A stretch of DNA of 64,000 bases from Somniosus microcephalus (GCA_052327205.1 CM126228.1:21142001-21206000); one strand, 5' to 3'. Counted from the stretch's first letter, positions 24,801 through 39,440 are shown. The notes: a model not told the origin generated them from the sequence alone. Translations and numbers: made by a program.

Positions 24801-27800
24801 TTATGGTGATATTAACCCAAGACTCGCCTTTCCAAATATTTTTTTGTTCTATACCCTGAGACATCACGTTGCTCTTTGGTGAATATGCTTATACTCTATT
24901 TATAAAAAGTAATTTATAAACTTTTGTTATTAACGTTAGTGTCATCTAATCTGGTAAATGTATTATATACCGCCTTTCACTTTGAATATGTGCCGTTAGC
25001 TTAGTTTCTCATTTACGTAGTATTTTTCTCTTGAAAAGGGTTGTCTATGAAATATTTTAGAAATTCAGGCAATTATCAGCTTCATTTGAAGGTACATTTC
25101 ATGTCATTGATACTTTGTATTCGCTAAAAACATAGTATTTGAAAATAATGAAGAGCTATCAGTAATATTTATGTTTATTTGAACGTTCAAGACGCCGTTT
25201 TCTAAAATTGTTTTAGCGTATTTTTACATAGTCGAAAAAGTATTTTCAACTTAATGCAACTTTTTTTGATTCCTGTAACATTTTAATGTTTAAGTTATAA
25301 AAGTTTTGATTGCACCGAGCTGAATTAATTCTTCTGGAAAAAGTTACATGACCTGGGCGAAACTAAAATTCAGGAACAAGCTGTATTCCCCCCCCCCCCC
25401 CCCCAGGATAAACGATGTTGCTGATAATACTTACATCAGTTCCAAGTTACAGACGCTCGAAAATAATCCAGGGACAGTTTCCACTGGTTACATCCAATTG
25501 GTGTCGTAATTATGGCACAATTGAAAAATTATTTTACACAGATCTTAAATGAAAGCCCACAATAAAAAGGGGCTCAAATTTTTCAGAGAATGGATTAAAT
25601 GCTTCTAAAACAAGCAACTCCGTTAAATACGACCAAGCGTAAACCTGCAAAAGCTGCCAATGTATAGAATTTATATAACGGAATCTACATGGCAACTTAG
25701 GTCTAAGAATTTAAAACAGTGCGGTTTTATCCATTGTCTACGAGATTGGTGTAATGGGCCAAACTTGTGGCAGAAAAAAAGCTGGTAACGAAGAATCTGT
25801 TTTTATTACTTTTTAATATTTATCAAAATAAACCAGCACCATTGTAAACTGCGATTTCCCAAAGTCTAATGACATGTATTTTAAATGTCTTAACCCCCCT
25901 CCCCCCTAGCAATGGAGGAATGCAAAGCTGGGTGTGTGCTGATATAGGTAAGAAATGTGTTACTGGATAACCACTGCTGAAGTTTACTTTTCCTAAACGA
26001 GTAGGCCAAAACCAAAGAACTTTAAACAAACTTAGAAAAACAACGATAAAAAAAACACTTCGCTACCTGACTACCAGGTCTATAGCGCCGATTCAGATAG
26101 CCCATGCACGTCCTTTACTACATTCCCTGAACCATTGCCTACACTTTATTTTGAAGAAGGCCCTACAAGTTACACTATAACCTTTCACAGTATCGAAAAG
26201 TAAACGAAATGCCCCGTGACAGTAAAATGGGTCGAGTCATTTTGAAAAGAATAATTCGAGTCAAGCACCCAGCATTGACAATATACAAACACACATTACT
26301 GCGCGCTTGCACCTGCTGTTGTTTGGATGACATCCGTGCATAGTTTAAAAACCAAATATAAACAAAGTGAGCTCTACAGAAAGGCAGTATATTTATAGTC
26401 AGGAACTGCTAATTGTTGTTGACGGCAGGTTAATGTAAGAGAAGGTTGTATTTTTGCAAATAGCGCCCAAATGTGCTGGGTTTGGGATGAGGCGGATTCT
26501 TGCACATTTAAGTTTCCGATATTAGCATTTTCCCGGAGAAATGAATGAACAAACCAGTTTCAAAGACTTGTGCATGTCTTTTAGAATGGCTCCTTCTACC
26601 TTATGTACCATATCAAAACAAATTAATGGGGCACATCAAGGTCAGCTGCCACAAGGAACACAAACGTAACTGACGAAACTGTCATAAATAACAATAACGC
26701 TATCATTTAAATACCAGGCTGCTACAACGAGTCTTTTTAAAAAGCTAAACAAATGGTGCGTGCAAATTAAATACCAATTAAATATTCGAATAAAAAAACC
26801 CAGTGCAAGTGGGTTATAGAAAGACCCTGACTGGCTATATAAGAAATATACTACACAAACTTTTGTTTGTCCTTGTAACTAAGCTGCACAGGTGCCAACC
26901 TGTTCTTAGTAATCAATCACAATGCTGAGCTTCAGAATTTAACAGATTTCTGGAAGTTTGGTAATCGTTCTTAAATTTGATGCGGCTAATTAATTCGGGC
27001 CAACGCCGACACAGATGAAAGAGCTGTGTTACTTTTTAAAAAAAACATAGTTGTAATAAATCAACAACACGGCTAAACGCTCTTTCTAAATGACAACACA
27101 AACTAAACCGATGCAACTCTTAATGTCACGTCCAATCCGTGCACTCACAACAAAACAACTGTCTATGCTTAAATAGCAAATCAGTCTGCGGTAGAATGTG
27201 GACCAAACAGTGTGAGGGCGTGAACTCCGATCATCGGCCATTTAAATAAACCAGTATGGGTCATTTAAGTTAAAGCATCAGGTACAACAACAGATTAATG
27301 AATGGCGTGTGTAGATTTAAGCAGCGGGAGAAGAGCAAGCAACACTATTGGTGAGAAGGTGAACTGCTCCTTGAGCTGTTTACACAATTAATTAGCTCCC
27401 GCCCCCCCACCCCCCGCCCCCGAAAAAAATTAGGACGGCTCGCCAATAAACAATGCTGTGCGGCAATTAGATGTCCCATTAACAACAGCAGCAACCGAAG
27501 GGTTAAAACAAAAGAGGTGTGTGGGTATATAATACCATGTACAGATGCAGAAAGGTAAGAACGGAGAGGTGCTTTCCCGCTGTCTCCCTTTCTGCAACAC
27601 AGTCCTCATGTTCACTTTAAATTGCTCCATACAGCCTGGATTTCACAAGGAGATTGTATTCATCCCAATGGCCTTGCAAACTCGTGCTAATTGTAGTAAA
27701 TCTAATCACAGTAAATGTCGTTACTATAGTGGGCGTTTTCTTTCTGTATTAGCCCAATAGTTTGGCATCTTAACCAAGATCTTTTGAAGAAAGTAGTTGC

Positions 27801-29475
27801 AAGTTTTAAACGGGATAGCATTTCAAAGAGACATGAGATTGCACGTCAATCAACTTGCAATTATCAATATAAAAGCCTTTGCGGGTTTACCGCACATAAA
27901 TACTAAAGGATGTGCAGCGATAACTAAATCGAAAACTTGAGTCCCTCAATCAATAACAGGGACGAATATATTTCAGCTTTTCACACTGTTGCGCCAAACA
28001 ATTCAATGCTTTTTGAAGAGGTTTAGTCACAACAGACAAACTTGCAGTGGTATCTGGATATTCATTTTTCCATACCAGTGCAACGTAATTTTAGATCACA
28101 ATAATCCATATTTTCATAAAGCACTGGGCTCGTTATCATTTTTCAGAGTAATACACAGCTCATCTCGTGTGTTACTTCACCTCCCCATTTCTGAGCTGGC
28201 GCCCTCTCAACCAATACAGACCAGTCGTCATTTCACCGCAGTTACCAAGCAGACATGGAGTCGAACTCCTCCTTCAAAGTACCGCAATCGCTCTTATCAA
28301 ATAATGAAACAGGTCTTACATAATATCATCAGCTACTGCACATCTGACAGTGAGAGTGGCAAAGTTTTTCTACTGCAACTCAAAGAGAAGCAAGGGTTTG
28401 AACCTATTCACAGCCCCGAACTGCTATATTTAATTAGCCTTATAGCTTGTTCAGTGAAATGAAACATTAAAAAGTTCGAATGTTCTCCTATCTTTTACTG
28501 TACCCATTACCCATTGAGTAAATAACGTATTGTGAAAATCGGAAACGACTAAACATCGAACTTTGGCATTTATGTAATCGCTACCATTGACACTAGAATG
28601 CCACCCGTGAGCTATCCCTCCCCTTATAATTCAAAATATCTGTTCAAGCCCCATCGTCATTCTACAGCAATGAACATCAGCCCCTGGGACAATAATATTA
28701 TATTCTAAGAAAATAAATCAGCAAGTTGATTGAGGCGAATGTCTGAAGAATTCTAAATGGCTAAGGAACTGTAAAACATTTAGTTCCTAAGTGCTGATAA
28801 AATCTGAACACCGCACATCATTAATAAACAGTATCATAATTAATGATAGAATTACAGAACTAAAAAAAACCACGACTCAGGCCTTAGAACAAATAGATTA
28901 GCAACAGAACCCGCTTTTTAAACAGAGTTAAGACAGTACTATTGACAGTACTGTATAAATATTTCTGTATTTTTTCTCAGTTGACTGAACGCATTTTATT
29001 ACACATTTGTATAATGACTAAAGGCATCAGACACAATCTTTATGAAACCGGTTTCCATAACTAATATGTCCCACTATAAAAAGAAAGCCTACCTACATTT
29101 GTACCCCACTGGTTCACGTAAATAACCCGATAACCGCTGATTTACTGCAAAATGTACTTTTGAAATCTTTACATGGAAATGTTGGTGCATCGAAGGCGGC
29201 TGCTACACTTCAGAAAACCCATTCATTACAGAGCGGCTGGATTCACACACATACTTCCAACAATCCCGAACAGCTTTATATTAGAATGGCCTTTAGCCGA
29301 GGAACAGAGAGAAGATCTATAACTAAGCATCATATTTGCAAGTTGCGAATGCAATATAAGAAAATGGAATTAATATGACTGGAAGGTAATGCTCTGCCAG
29401 TTTTATTATACGCATAAATAGGATAGTGTTAGGTTTTTGAACAGTAAGTTGGAGGCGATGGTCTATTTTATTCAG

Positions 29476-31004
29476 ATTTGCATGGTACTGCACTTTATCT
29501 TAATGAGTTGGTTTGGTAATCTCAGTTCACGAAGACGGTAGCCTAACATTTGCATATTTATCAATAATATATTTGTAATAGTTTCAGATTAATCCGCCTC
29601 GATTAAACTAAATTGTTGTATTTTAATGAACATGACCATATGAACAAGGTACTGCGGAAATTGCACATTCGGGATGGTCATTAAGCCAGTACACCTACTC
29701 TTCGACAAATGCGCTGTAATTTGTGCACCGAACTCTCAAATTCTCTGAAATATGTGAGATATTAAAAGCTGGAATCTACACGTCACTTCCTGTTTTTACC
29801 ATTCAGAAAAAGTTTGCAAGGTCTGGTTCTGCAGTCAAACGAAACAGAATTAATGAATTACATTTATTGAAACATGCCAAAAGTACTCGGAGCTGCTCAA
29901 TCCTCGATGTTCAGTCACCACCAACAGCCAGGACCTGCTCCCCCGTTTACGCACAGTTTCAGCTCATTTTTGTCCAAAGTTTCTCATTTTAAATTGCCAA
30001 ATTCTTACTTGATTTGGGACACACACACACACACAGTGTTTAGGTTTTGGGCTGGGCAAATTGCAGTAAAAACTGCCTAACGGCACATTCCTGTTTCTTT
30101 ACACTTCCATCCCAGCTCACATCCAAATATATTCTCAGTTCAACACTTTTTTTAAAAATCTCCCCACCCCCCCGGCCCGGATGTTGACATCTCTTTCCAA
30201 GGATTGAACGCGGCGCCCTTTCTCCCCCACGTCCTTTAACAGGAGTGTGATGCTGCAGGTTCTCCGCGCCCCTGACACACGCCCTGGCCCTCGCAGGCTT
30301 TCGGAGCTGGTTCGCAGGTCCGCTCCTAAACTCAGCGGGGTGCCCAATGTCACTGGGACACTGTAGCCGATGGCTATTGATAACCGTATCCCTTGGATTT
30401 ACCAATTCTGACTTTAACGGTGCATACAGATATACTTACCGAAATCCGTGCAAAAGGCATATTTGCATCATTTCGTGGCATGTTGCATCTCATAAACATC
30501 CACAGGCAGCCAGATCTCGTACATGCCCCAAGCAAAATATATCTGCATAATTTCAATTGGAAGATCTGCTGCTTAGCTCCTGTCCCATCTTTTTAACTCT
30601 TTTTTTAGGTGCTTAAAATAGAAAAGTTTATCAGCAGGTGATCGCTTGTCCGGGGGATCGCCTGCAGTCAGTCGGAGAATAAGACCATTCGGTCCCCGGG
30701 CCAAGGTAATCTCCAGTCCCCTTTGGCCCATCCTTGGGAGTTCAGGAGAAAGATCAGAGATCGCCCCCCGCGCCACCCACCCCCCTCCACCCCATTCCTC
30801 TCCGTCTCGCTTTCACCAAACGGTTCGTCGGAAAATAATGTTTTTTTTTGAAAAAAAAGATAAACCAAAAGCCTCCATCCCTGGCCGTGGGGCAGGCAGC
30901 TCGTTTCGGCCAGTATATCCTCGCATTTGGAGATGCTGCTTGCATTTGAATAGCGCTGGCTTGTTATGTATCTCGCTGGTATGAAAGGGAATCAGTATGC
31001 AAAT
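29476..31004. promoter_or_regulatory. Candidate upstream enhancer with four perfect octamer motifs and a GC/CpG-rich patch
   Basis: ATTTGCAT at 29476, 29548 and 30461; ATGCAAAT at 30997; CpG-rich stretch at about 30150-30900. Confidence 0.4.
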
Positions 31005-34000
31005 TGCTTCAGTTACAATCGAAAGGTTCGATCTGAAGTGGATGCTAACGGAAGTGGATGTCAGCTATCTCTGCATTAGCCGAGATATATCTGCCCAGTG
31101 ATGCAGCGGTTTAAAATTCTTGTTAATTAAAACAACGAGCGAGCTTGCAACATGTCTGCTTTCTCTCTCTTCCCCCCCCCCCCCCCTCCCCCGTGATCAG
31201 CCCCTTTAACACAATTATTATTCTGCAGGTGTTATTTGATGGCTTGTAGTGAGTGTTTGTGCAATACAACAGGCTAAGTGCTTGCAGTAAGGATCTGGGC
31301 ACCAGCTCTAGATCACAGAGCACCCCCCCCCCCCCACCCCCCCAACCGCAGTCTCCAAATCCAAACGTTTACCAATCAATACATGCAAGAAATGAACCTG
31401 GAGAAAAAAAGATGTGTTGCTGCGGTTTAACGGTTTATCCCAGGCAAATATACAGCACTGCCTTACGTCAGTTCTACCTGGACCAACCTTTCACTCGCTC
31501 AAATCCGAGGAAAAAGAAAGATGGGTTTGATTGCGGTAACGTGCTGTCTGTTCCGACTGCTATAGGTTAAAACTGCCCTTTTTGACCCCTCTCGCTGCAA
31601 AGCCAGAAATCATATAACATTCCAGATGTAATGTCGGTGGACTTGGGCGACATGCTCTCAGAAGACAAGCGGGCGGACGTTTTAAGGGTTATCATTAATG
31701 GTGATTTGGATTTGTTTTTCATCTTAGAAAGGAAGATTTTAGAGCTGACAGCACAATATAAACCCACGGCCGCTGTCGTGTTTCTCACCGAAAGGGATAT
31801 TTTATTGATCCACCTTCTTGAAAATTGCATTGGCGCTGGTCCCAGGTCATTAATACCCAAACTGTGCTTCACAGCAGCTCTCGGAGATGCGCAGTGTTTT
31901 GAATGACGGGGCTTCCTGTTAAAACAACCCGGGAAGCACCAAGCCTCAGAAAACCATTTTTAACAGAAACTTTTCGATTCTGAGATCAAAGCCTTTTGCG
32001 GATATTAATCCATAAGGTGGCCTACAGTTCCCTATCCTTTGAAATAAAATTGTTGGTATATTGTTTAGACAGTAAAATTATTGGAAAATATATTTAAAAA
32101 GATAGCCACCCCGCCATGATTTTTTTTAATGTGCAATTGTCAGCAAGTTCCTTATATTTTCTCTTTCAAGTTTCAGATTTCTTTTATTCAGCCCATTTTG
32201 TGTTTTAATTTTGAGCAAATCTTCGTTTGCCGTGGAGTCTTACGCAGCGAGCCGTGCTGACAATGTTGTTACAGAATAGCAGCGCGCCGACTCCATCCCA
32301 CTTGTCTAAATGATCAGGGAGAATTCTTAAAACCCTGCTGTGTATCTATTGACAGCTGACTTTATTCATACGGGACGTACTTAGCTGACAGTCCCCAGTA
32401 TGCGTCTCCGATTTGCTCACGCCACCAAAATCATTTGGGCTATAAGGGCACACCTTAGCAACCTTGTAATCCATTTTGTTTCTAATAATACTGGAATCTA
32501 ATTCATTTGGAACATAACGCAAACCAATTGATGGAGATGGGAGAAGAACCCCTTTGCAGTGAGGCTGATTTTGACAGGAGAGCGCTATAGGTGCTTTGCT
32601 CTCTGCGATGATCTTACGGTCTCGCTGCTGCCTTGCCCCAGTTGAAGCTTATGGCTAGTCTAAGCTGACCATCTGTCATTCAATTAACGTTTCAAGGCAG
32701 CTGATCTGTAACCAGGAGGGTCAGCGACCCCAGGACAAACCCAATGCTGCCAGAGAAAGGCGACAAAGTTCAAATGTTAAACGCCTGGCACTTTACAGAA
32801 TTTGGGCAGCCCAGGAAATTTGCCTATGTAAAGCTTGCATTGAGGTCTCCCGGGAGTCAACACCCAGATTTCGATTTAAAGATGTCAGCATACTTACACC
32901 ATTTTATTCTTCTGAAAAACCAAAAACACTCTTAGCGAACAATAGATTAACAGGGGCTGGGTTTTGTTCAATGTCACGTTTAAAGTTGTATCAGTTCTTC
33001 TGGAGATGGGAGTAGATTTGAGCAAAACACTTTTTTCCCCCTCTTGTAAAGTTACGCAAATTTCCTTGAGGTGATTTCTTGCTGCAGGGATATTCTAAAG
33101 CGACTGGAAGACGGGGAGGCAGAATCGCAGAATTAATGAAAGTGACTCAATTGATTTGTCAGTAAGCGGCAAAATTTACCGCCACGTCATCATAATCATA
33201 ATTCATAACCCCCTCCCATTCATGATAAAAAAAATTTGGAATTTCCAATTTCTCATTCTATAAATCCTAAGCAGTCAAACTTACCCGGAATATGAAACAG
33301 CGCCTTGAATATCGAGAATTTTTATTACAGTCTGCAACTTGGTTATGTTGGTGTCGTAAATTCATGCTTGGAATGTCATCCTATACACAATTATTTTTAA
33401 AAAATCAGGTATTCTCTAACTCTTAAAATGTACACACAGCCTATAGAAATACAGGTCTAACGAGTTATCTAAAGCTTTCCCTCGGAAGACCAGGACACAT
33501 TGAGCTTCAGCTATGCTAATTGATTCACTATAAATATTTAACTAGCGTCCTCATTGGAGCAGGTACGATTGGGCTTCTTTCTAAACACGTGTAATCTATA
33601 GTCAGAGTTCATCTGCATCCCTGTACTTTGAGGAATGTTCGCTTCTATCTAGATTTGTTCTGTCCTACACCCAAATTGGGCGAATACAAATACTGCAGGT
33701 AGAAAGCGGAATGATATTCGAGCAAAATAACGCAATTTCTACGTCGGATCGATTGGCCACGAATTTTAACCTTTTAATCATAATTTTCTTTTTAGATCCC
33801 AAGAAAGTGAACCCTTCTTCCCAATAACATATTTTCAAGGCCCATCCTTCAAGTATTGAGGCATATAACTATTAATATTCTGAAATATAACTGCTGTTCG
33901 GGAATGTGTAGGATATTATTCAGAGCTTAATAGCTTCTGAAGATATTGAAAAATCAGCAGAAATTATTTCAGGTCACGTGGAGGGTCTAAGCTAGTTTCC

Positions 34001-36201
34001 TTGTCATAAAATCCATCCTGATTCAATAGTCTTTCACATCCAATTCTCAGGATTGTTAGAATGGTAATGCGGGTTCCTTTTAAGCACCTTTGCATTTAAA
34101 CTTGGACAGCTTCACAATTCGCAGAAGAACCATTTCTGTTGATCGTGGAGCCAAACTGGAATCCGAACTGAACGCTGCTTCTGACCACTTATTACACGAG
34201 ACTGAACCCAGCTCTTACTGACTTCAGTTCAAATCCAAATGACACCATTTAGATACAATTTTATTGGAATAAACAGTTCATAACACCGAAGAGCAAAGCC
34301 TACATTTCCGTTCTCAATTTCTATAGAAAGATGAAGTTCAAACACAAATCTATATATTAAACATTTTATAACTTTTTAGCAGAAGCTGGTTCAGGAAAAA
34401 AAACATTAAATGTGGCACTCAGATAGATCATGTGTGCACCCTTGTGAAACATTAATTTATCCCATTAGATATGAAGGAAGCAAAGATTAGAAGCGATGTC
34501 CCCATGTGTCATATGCTCTAATTTTCACCTGCTCGGTTCCCTCTCCCATTTTAATAACGATTTGGCTTATGACAGGCTCAGAGACAAGATAATTTTACAG
34601 TTAGTCATTGAGCTAATAAAAACTTTCAGCACTCCGATTCAATAATACATTCTATGCTTAATTCAAAGTCACTTAGTTTGAATTATCTGATAATTCATTT
34701 TTAAAGTACTGCGTTGGTACCTTTCCATGTTATTTATGCTGCTTCATTCAAATTACCGGATAATTCATTTTTTAGGGCAACGGCAACTTTGCATTATCAG
34801 AAGTAGACTGTATTTCAAATTGCAATCATTTGGATTAAGATTAGTTCTGCATTTAAAGCACAGCAGACACTAAACATTAGCAGTACCTTCAGTACTGCAA
34901 TATATTATTTCTGCACTTTCATTCATGGAGATAACAGCTTTCAGTAAATCCCAGCTGATAGTAAAGGCACAGTTATACTATAGGGGTGAGGACAATGCTT
35001 TGGTTACAGTGATGCAGGAATGGCAGACCTGAGTTATAACATTGGCACTTCACTCAGAGAAAGTGGGATTTAACCCACATGCATGGGACTCTGCTCAGCA
35101 TTATCCAAATTATGGTTCCTTTTTAATGTCAGAGTGGATGGGACATTTAGCTCTTTGCTAACATTAAAAAGATGAAACATGTACTTCAGCTATTTGCCAG
35201 GGAACTATTTTTTTAAAGTTTCCTTCATACTGCTTGCAGTTACTCAGTGAACCAAATTGTTATGAATATATTATGGTGAACAAGTTAGAACCATATTTAT
35301 ACAACATACTTTTCATCAATGCAAAGCCAAAACCTATTAAAAAATATCTTAGCTTTAAGGTTGTTCAACCAAAATGATCACTTCAGGGATTTTTTTCAGT
35401 CGTTAATTAAGGATAAAGACACTGAAAATGGAACTGAACTTGATGTTGTTCTGCAGTTACAGCTAGTCATATCCTTCATGGGGTTAAAGGCCAGATAAGT
35501 GACATCAACCATAAATAACAATTACATCAAGATTTTATTACAGTTAAAGGAACAAAATGGGATAAATGTTATATTTTGAACGAAAGAGCCCCCCCTAATT
35601 GAAACTATTATAAGATGATGCTTCAGTATTCCCCACAGAGCAACGTGAGCTGCCTTTTATTTCTCTTCAGAGGCTGCCATATTGAAAACCTCACAGCACA
35701 AGCTGAGATAGAAATATTTGGGTGGTTTCAGTTCAAAATAAAATGAGTTTGTAATTATCCACAGAGTCAGTTAAAATGTTTGTCAGAGAAAGTCAGAGTA
35801 ATTTAATTTAAAGACAATGGGCTGAAACACAGTTTGCTCTAGAAGACAGAATCTATCAAAGCTCCCATTGTTTTCAAAACTGGCTTTTCTGGCACCATAC
35901 AACCATTTCAGGCTGAAATGTAAAATAGCTTCAATAAAATTAATATTTAAAAACAAATTTCAATATTGTTAAATATTCTAATTAGCTACAAACCATGTAA
36001 AACTGTATAAAAACTGAACCTTCATCTTCATGGATATACCATTATGAACATTACCTGTCATGAAATCTAACCATTGTTTCAGCTGTCCACCTCTAATTCA
36101 AGAGGTGTATTGTGTAATATATGATCTGTAAAGTAGTCTGTAAAACAAGAGATGATAATGGGGAAAGATGATATGTATGTACATATACATATGCATATAT
36201 A

Positions 36202-36816
36202 TCTATATCTATCTATATATCTATATCTATATATATGCGGTTGGTTTGTCTGTCTGTATGTCCGCTGTCTGTCTGTCCACTATACACTCAAATGTTATAG
36301 AGCGTACCTACACATACGTTATATCAAAAGAAAGCTGATGATCAGGGGAGTGTCATAGGTGTATTTACTTTTTGGTCAGACAAAAATTGTTCGGACAGTA
36401 TACAAAAAAACATTCAAAAATCCGCTCATTAGCGGTTGACCAATCCTACCACTCATTAGCATTGAGTGACGTGATGGTTGACCAATCCTACAGTTCAGTG
36501 ACCTGATGGTTGACCAATTGGTGCATCACGGGCGGGACCTAATCCTGCAGCCTCCCAAAACTTCGCCGCCATTTTTTCCCCTGCTTTTCCTCAACAGTGA
36601 GTGGGGCAGCTGTGTCGGCTCGCCGGAGCGGGAGGCGAGTTGGGGTCACTCGGGCCGGGTCTCACAACCGCTCGGCCCGAGACACAGAGCGGGGGAGCGG
36701 CAGCGGGCGGCCGTCAACCACGCCGCCCGAGACACAGAGCAGGGGAGCGGCAGTGGCCGCCCGTCAACCGCGCGGCCCTCTAAACTGCCCTGGCAATGCC
36801 GGGCCCCCCCTGCTAG
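36202..36816 (+). mobile_element. Non-autonomous Helitron-like element
   Basis: The 5' end has reiterated A|TCTATA starts followed by a (TGTC)n-like tract. The 3' end has a GC hairpin CCTGGC-AAT-GCCGGG a few nt before CTAG|T. There is no TSD, and it sits inside a TA/CA-rich tract. The exact 5' TC is ambiguous (36202-36226). Confidence 0.7.
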
Positions 36817-36861
36817 TACATACACACACACATATATATACACATATTTTCCGCTTATCTA

Positions 36862-36940
36862 ATAAGAACATAAGAAATAGGAGCAGGCGTAGGCCATACG
36901 GCCCCTCGAGCCTGCTCCACCATTCAATAAGATCATGGCG
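36862..36940 (-). mobile_element. CR1 3' tail fragment
   Basis: ataagaacataagaaataggagcagg...ggcccctcgagcctgctccaccattcaataagatcatggc, near-identical to the CR1 end at about 54647-54727. Confidence 0.8.
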
Positions 36941-39440
36941 CACCATACAACATAATAGGAAGAAAGATTGGATGTACAGGAAATATATATATTGCAGTTC
37001 ACTTAAAATACAAACACGACTCTTTGCAAACCTAGACCAAAGAGCCATCATTTAACAGTTTTCTGATGGCAGTAATTAGACTCATTAGGCAATACATTCT
37101 GCAGCCTCAGACCTGTCCTTGGGCTTCTTTTATATTTTTAAACTCAATGTCAATTTTTCATATTGAGAATCTAGTAAAGTATGGCAATGAATGAATGGCT
37201 AGATCTACTAAAAGTGCATATGCATGTTTCTTCTCAGGTTCCCAGTTAATGTGTGTGCACAGACATTCAAAGCTTTCAAAGATGATTTATCAAGTTTGTT
37301 TTAGAGTGCATGTTATTAATAATGTGTGTCCATTCATACCAGCCTAGATTTCACGGGGAAAAAATAGCAAGTACAACATATACAATTACATTTGCTTTTT
37401 GAGACTTGACAGCAATAACTTATCTCCTTTGTTGCAACTGTGTTTGTGCAAACTTGTCTTGATATGTTATAATCCATTTCATTGCACTTAATATCTGGAC
37501 ATATTCTGTTACAGACTGCAGCCATTCTGGTTGTCATTGTGGTACTAACAATGATAACCTGAGGTGACTGAGGCTTTTTGATGTCATGGAAACTGATTTA
37601 TACATCAATTAATGGCATAAAATGAGCACTCAAGGTGCGCCAAATTCAAATCAGCAGGTGGAATTTAAAACATACTCATTATTTTTGGGATATCTGATTA
37701 ATTCTCAGTTCTGCGAGCCATAAACCAAAGCTTGCTTTTGAATCCAAAATTCTACATTTTTGCGCTAAACTATGCTGCATAACACTGTGGGTATTTAACA
37801 CTTGTACCTTCACGTGCATTGAGCTTTATGTATTTTTCATCGTCTCATAATTTATATCATGGAATAATGTAAAGATGTTATTACTGATTATTATGATATT
37901 CAGAATTGGGACATTAACGGAGTCTTGCCATCAAGGCATCTTTAAAAACAACCATTTGAAAAGATTAGCAACAAGTTTGACATCTTTTTGATATATTTTT
38001 TTAAATCGTGAGTGCTCATGACATAGGTTGGGGTGGGGGCAGCTTGGAGGAGTGACCGAGTCTAGCAGGAACACTGAATTTGTTTCCAGAGTGTCGAAGC
38101 TGCAGTACCCTGGGTTAATGAAGGCATCAACTGCTGTTAATTCAGCCCCCTTACACTGTCAAAATCAGTAAACCTTTCAATCCAGTGTCTCTAATAAAAA
38201 GATAGAAAATGATCAAATATTTGTTGAAGTTAATAGTCATTTCTAAAAGGGACCCTGCTTCATGAGGTTCCCTCGATAAGCTGACTTAATGTGCAACATG
38301 ACATTCAGAAGTAATTAATGGAGTATATCCTTACACTACATTTTATAATCATTACTTCATTCAATTCAGTAAAGGCATTTTGATTTGTCACCACCCATTA
38401 CACCCAACTGCTGTATAGTCTGCAGGTCAACACATGCAACTGAGCATAAAGATTTTGAATACTCAAACTTAAATCAGCTACTTGCAAAACAGTGATCCCT
38501 TACATTAAGCATCATAAAGGCCATTAACAAATTGGAGTCAGGTTTGAATTGGATAAACTACTCAATAGTTACAAGATTTGTAAAAGTCTATAGCAAAAAT
38601 CAATGCATTTTTTGCAGGATAAGATGAATAGGAAGTACAGACCATGGGATAAAAATAAATGATTTGAAAGAGAATTATGGCAAAGACATGGGCTTTGTAT
38701 GTGGACAAGTCTAACATACATAGGGACAGGCAGATGCTGTGAAGCAGTCAATATTCCCTTTCATTGCTTCTTTGAATAGTGCTGCTGAAATTCTCATCAT
38801 TGTACTGTACCAATTTCATTGTGATTTCTTTTCCTTTATTAATTTATTTCTCCTGGTTTTACAGATTTAAGGTGTAAAAATGAAAATCTTCCAAAAATGC
38901 CTAACTTTGGGTAACTGGTTTTCATGTATACAATTATAATTACTGTAAAAAAATTTATGAGCTTTAAATTTCTTACGATTTGAAAAACTCATCTAATTCC
39001 CTTATGCTGACTAATAAAAATCATTAAAATTATTAATGTCTGAGTCTGAAACTTTCTATTCCCAGGCAGCTAATGGGCACAATATGATGTCCTAAAGACT
39101 GAAAATTTATTATTTAGAATCTTGAAGAAAGAGATGAACAATTTCATTAAATTTGAGCGAGTTATAGCTTACATAATATGGATAAGATTGACTACTTTCC
39201 ACTAAATCAGTTGGCATAATATTTGCTGTTAGAACTGGAAGATCATTGCTCACTAATGTCTCAATTGGACAGCACCAAGCAGTGCAGTATCAATGGATTT
39301 TTGAAAGTGATGTGAGTGGGCAGTCAAGTTGCTTGGTTGCATCACACCTGATGAGATGATAGCAGTCCATGCATATGTAGTTAAGTGCTCACAGACCTCA
39401 ATCCGCCAGTGAAATATATACTATATACTACACATACATG

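Noticed and set aside
27989-28462. 157-aa ORF and other short ORFs in 20-35 kb
   Set aside because: Several (including this one) start at non-ATG codons; none shows domain similarity, codon bias or splice support.
36664-36775. CRISPR-like or coding interpretation of the 50-bp repeats and ORFs at 36506-37055
   Set aside because: A simple head-to-tail duplication without spacers in eukaryotic TE DNA; the ORFs run through microsatellite and CR1 tail sequence.
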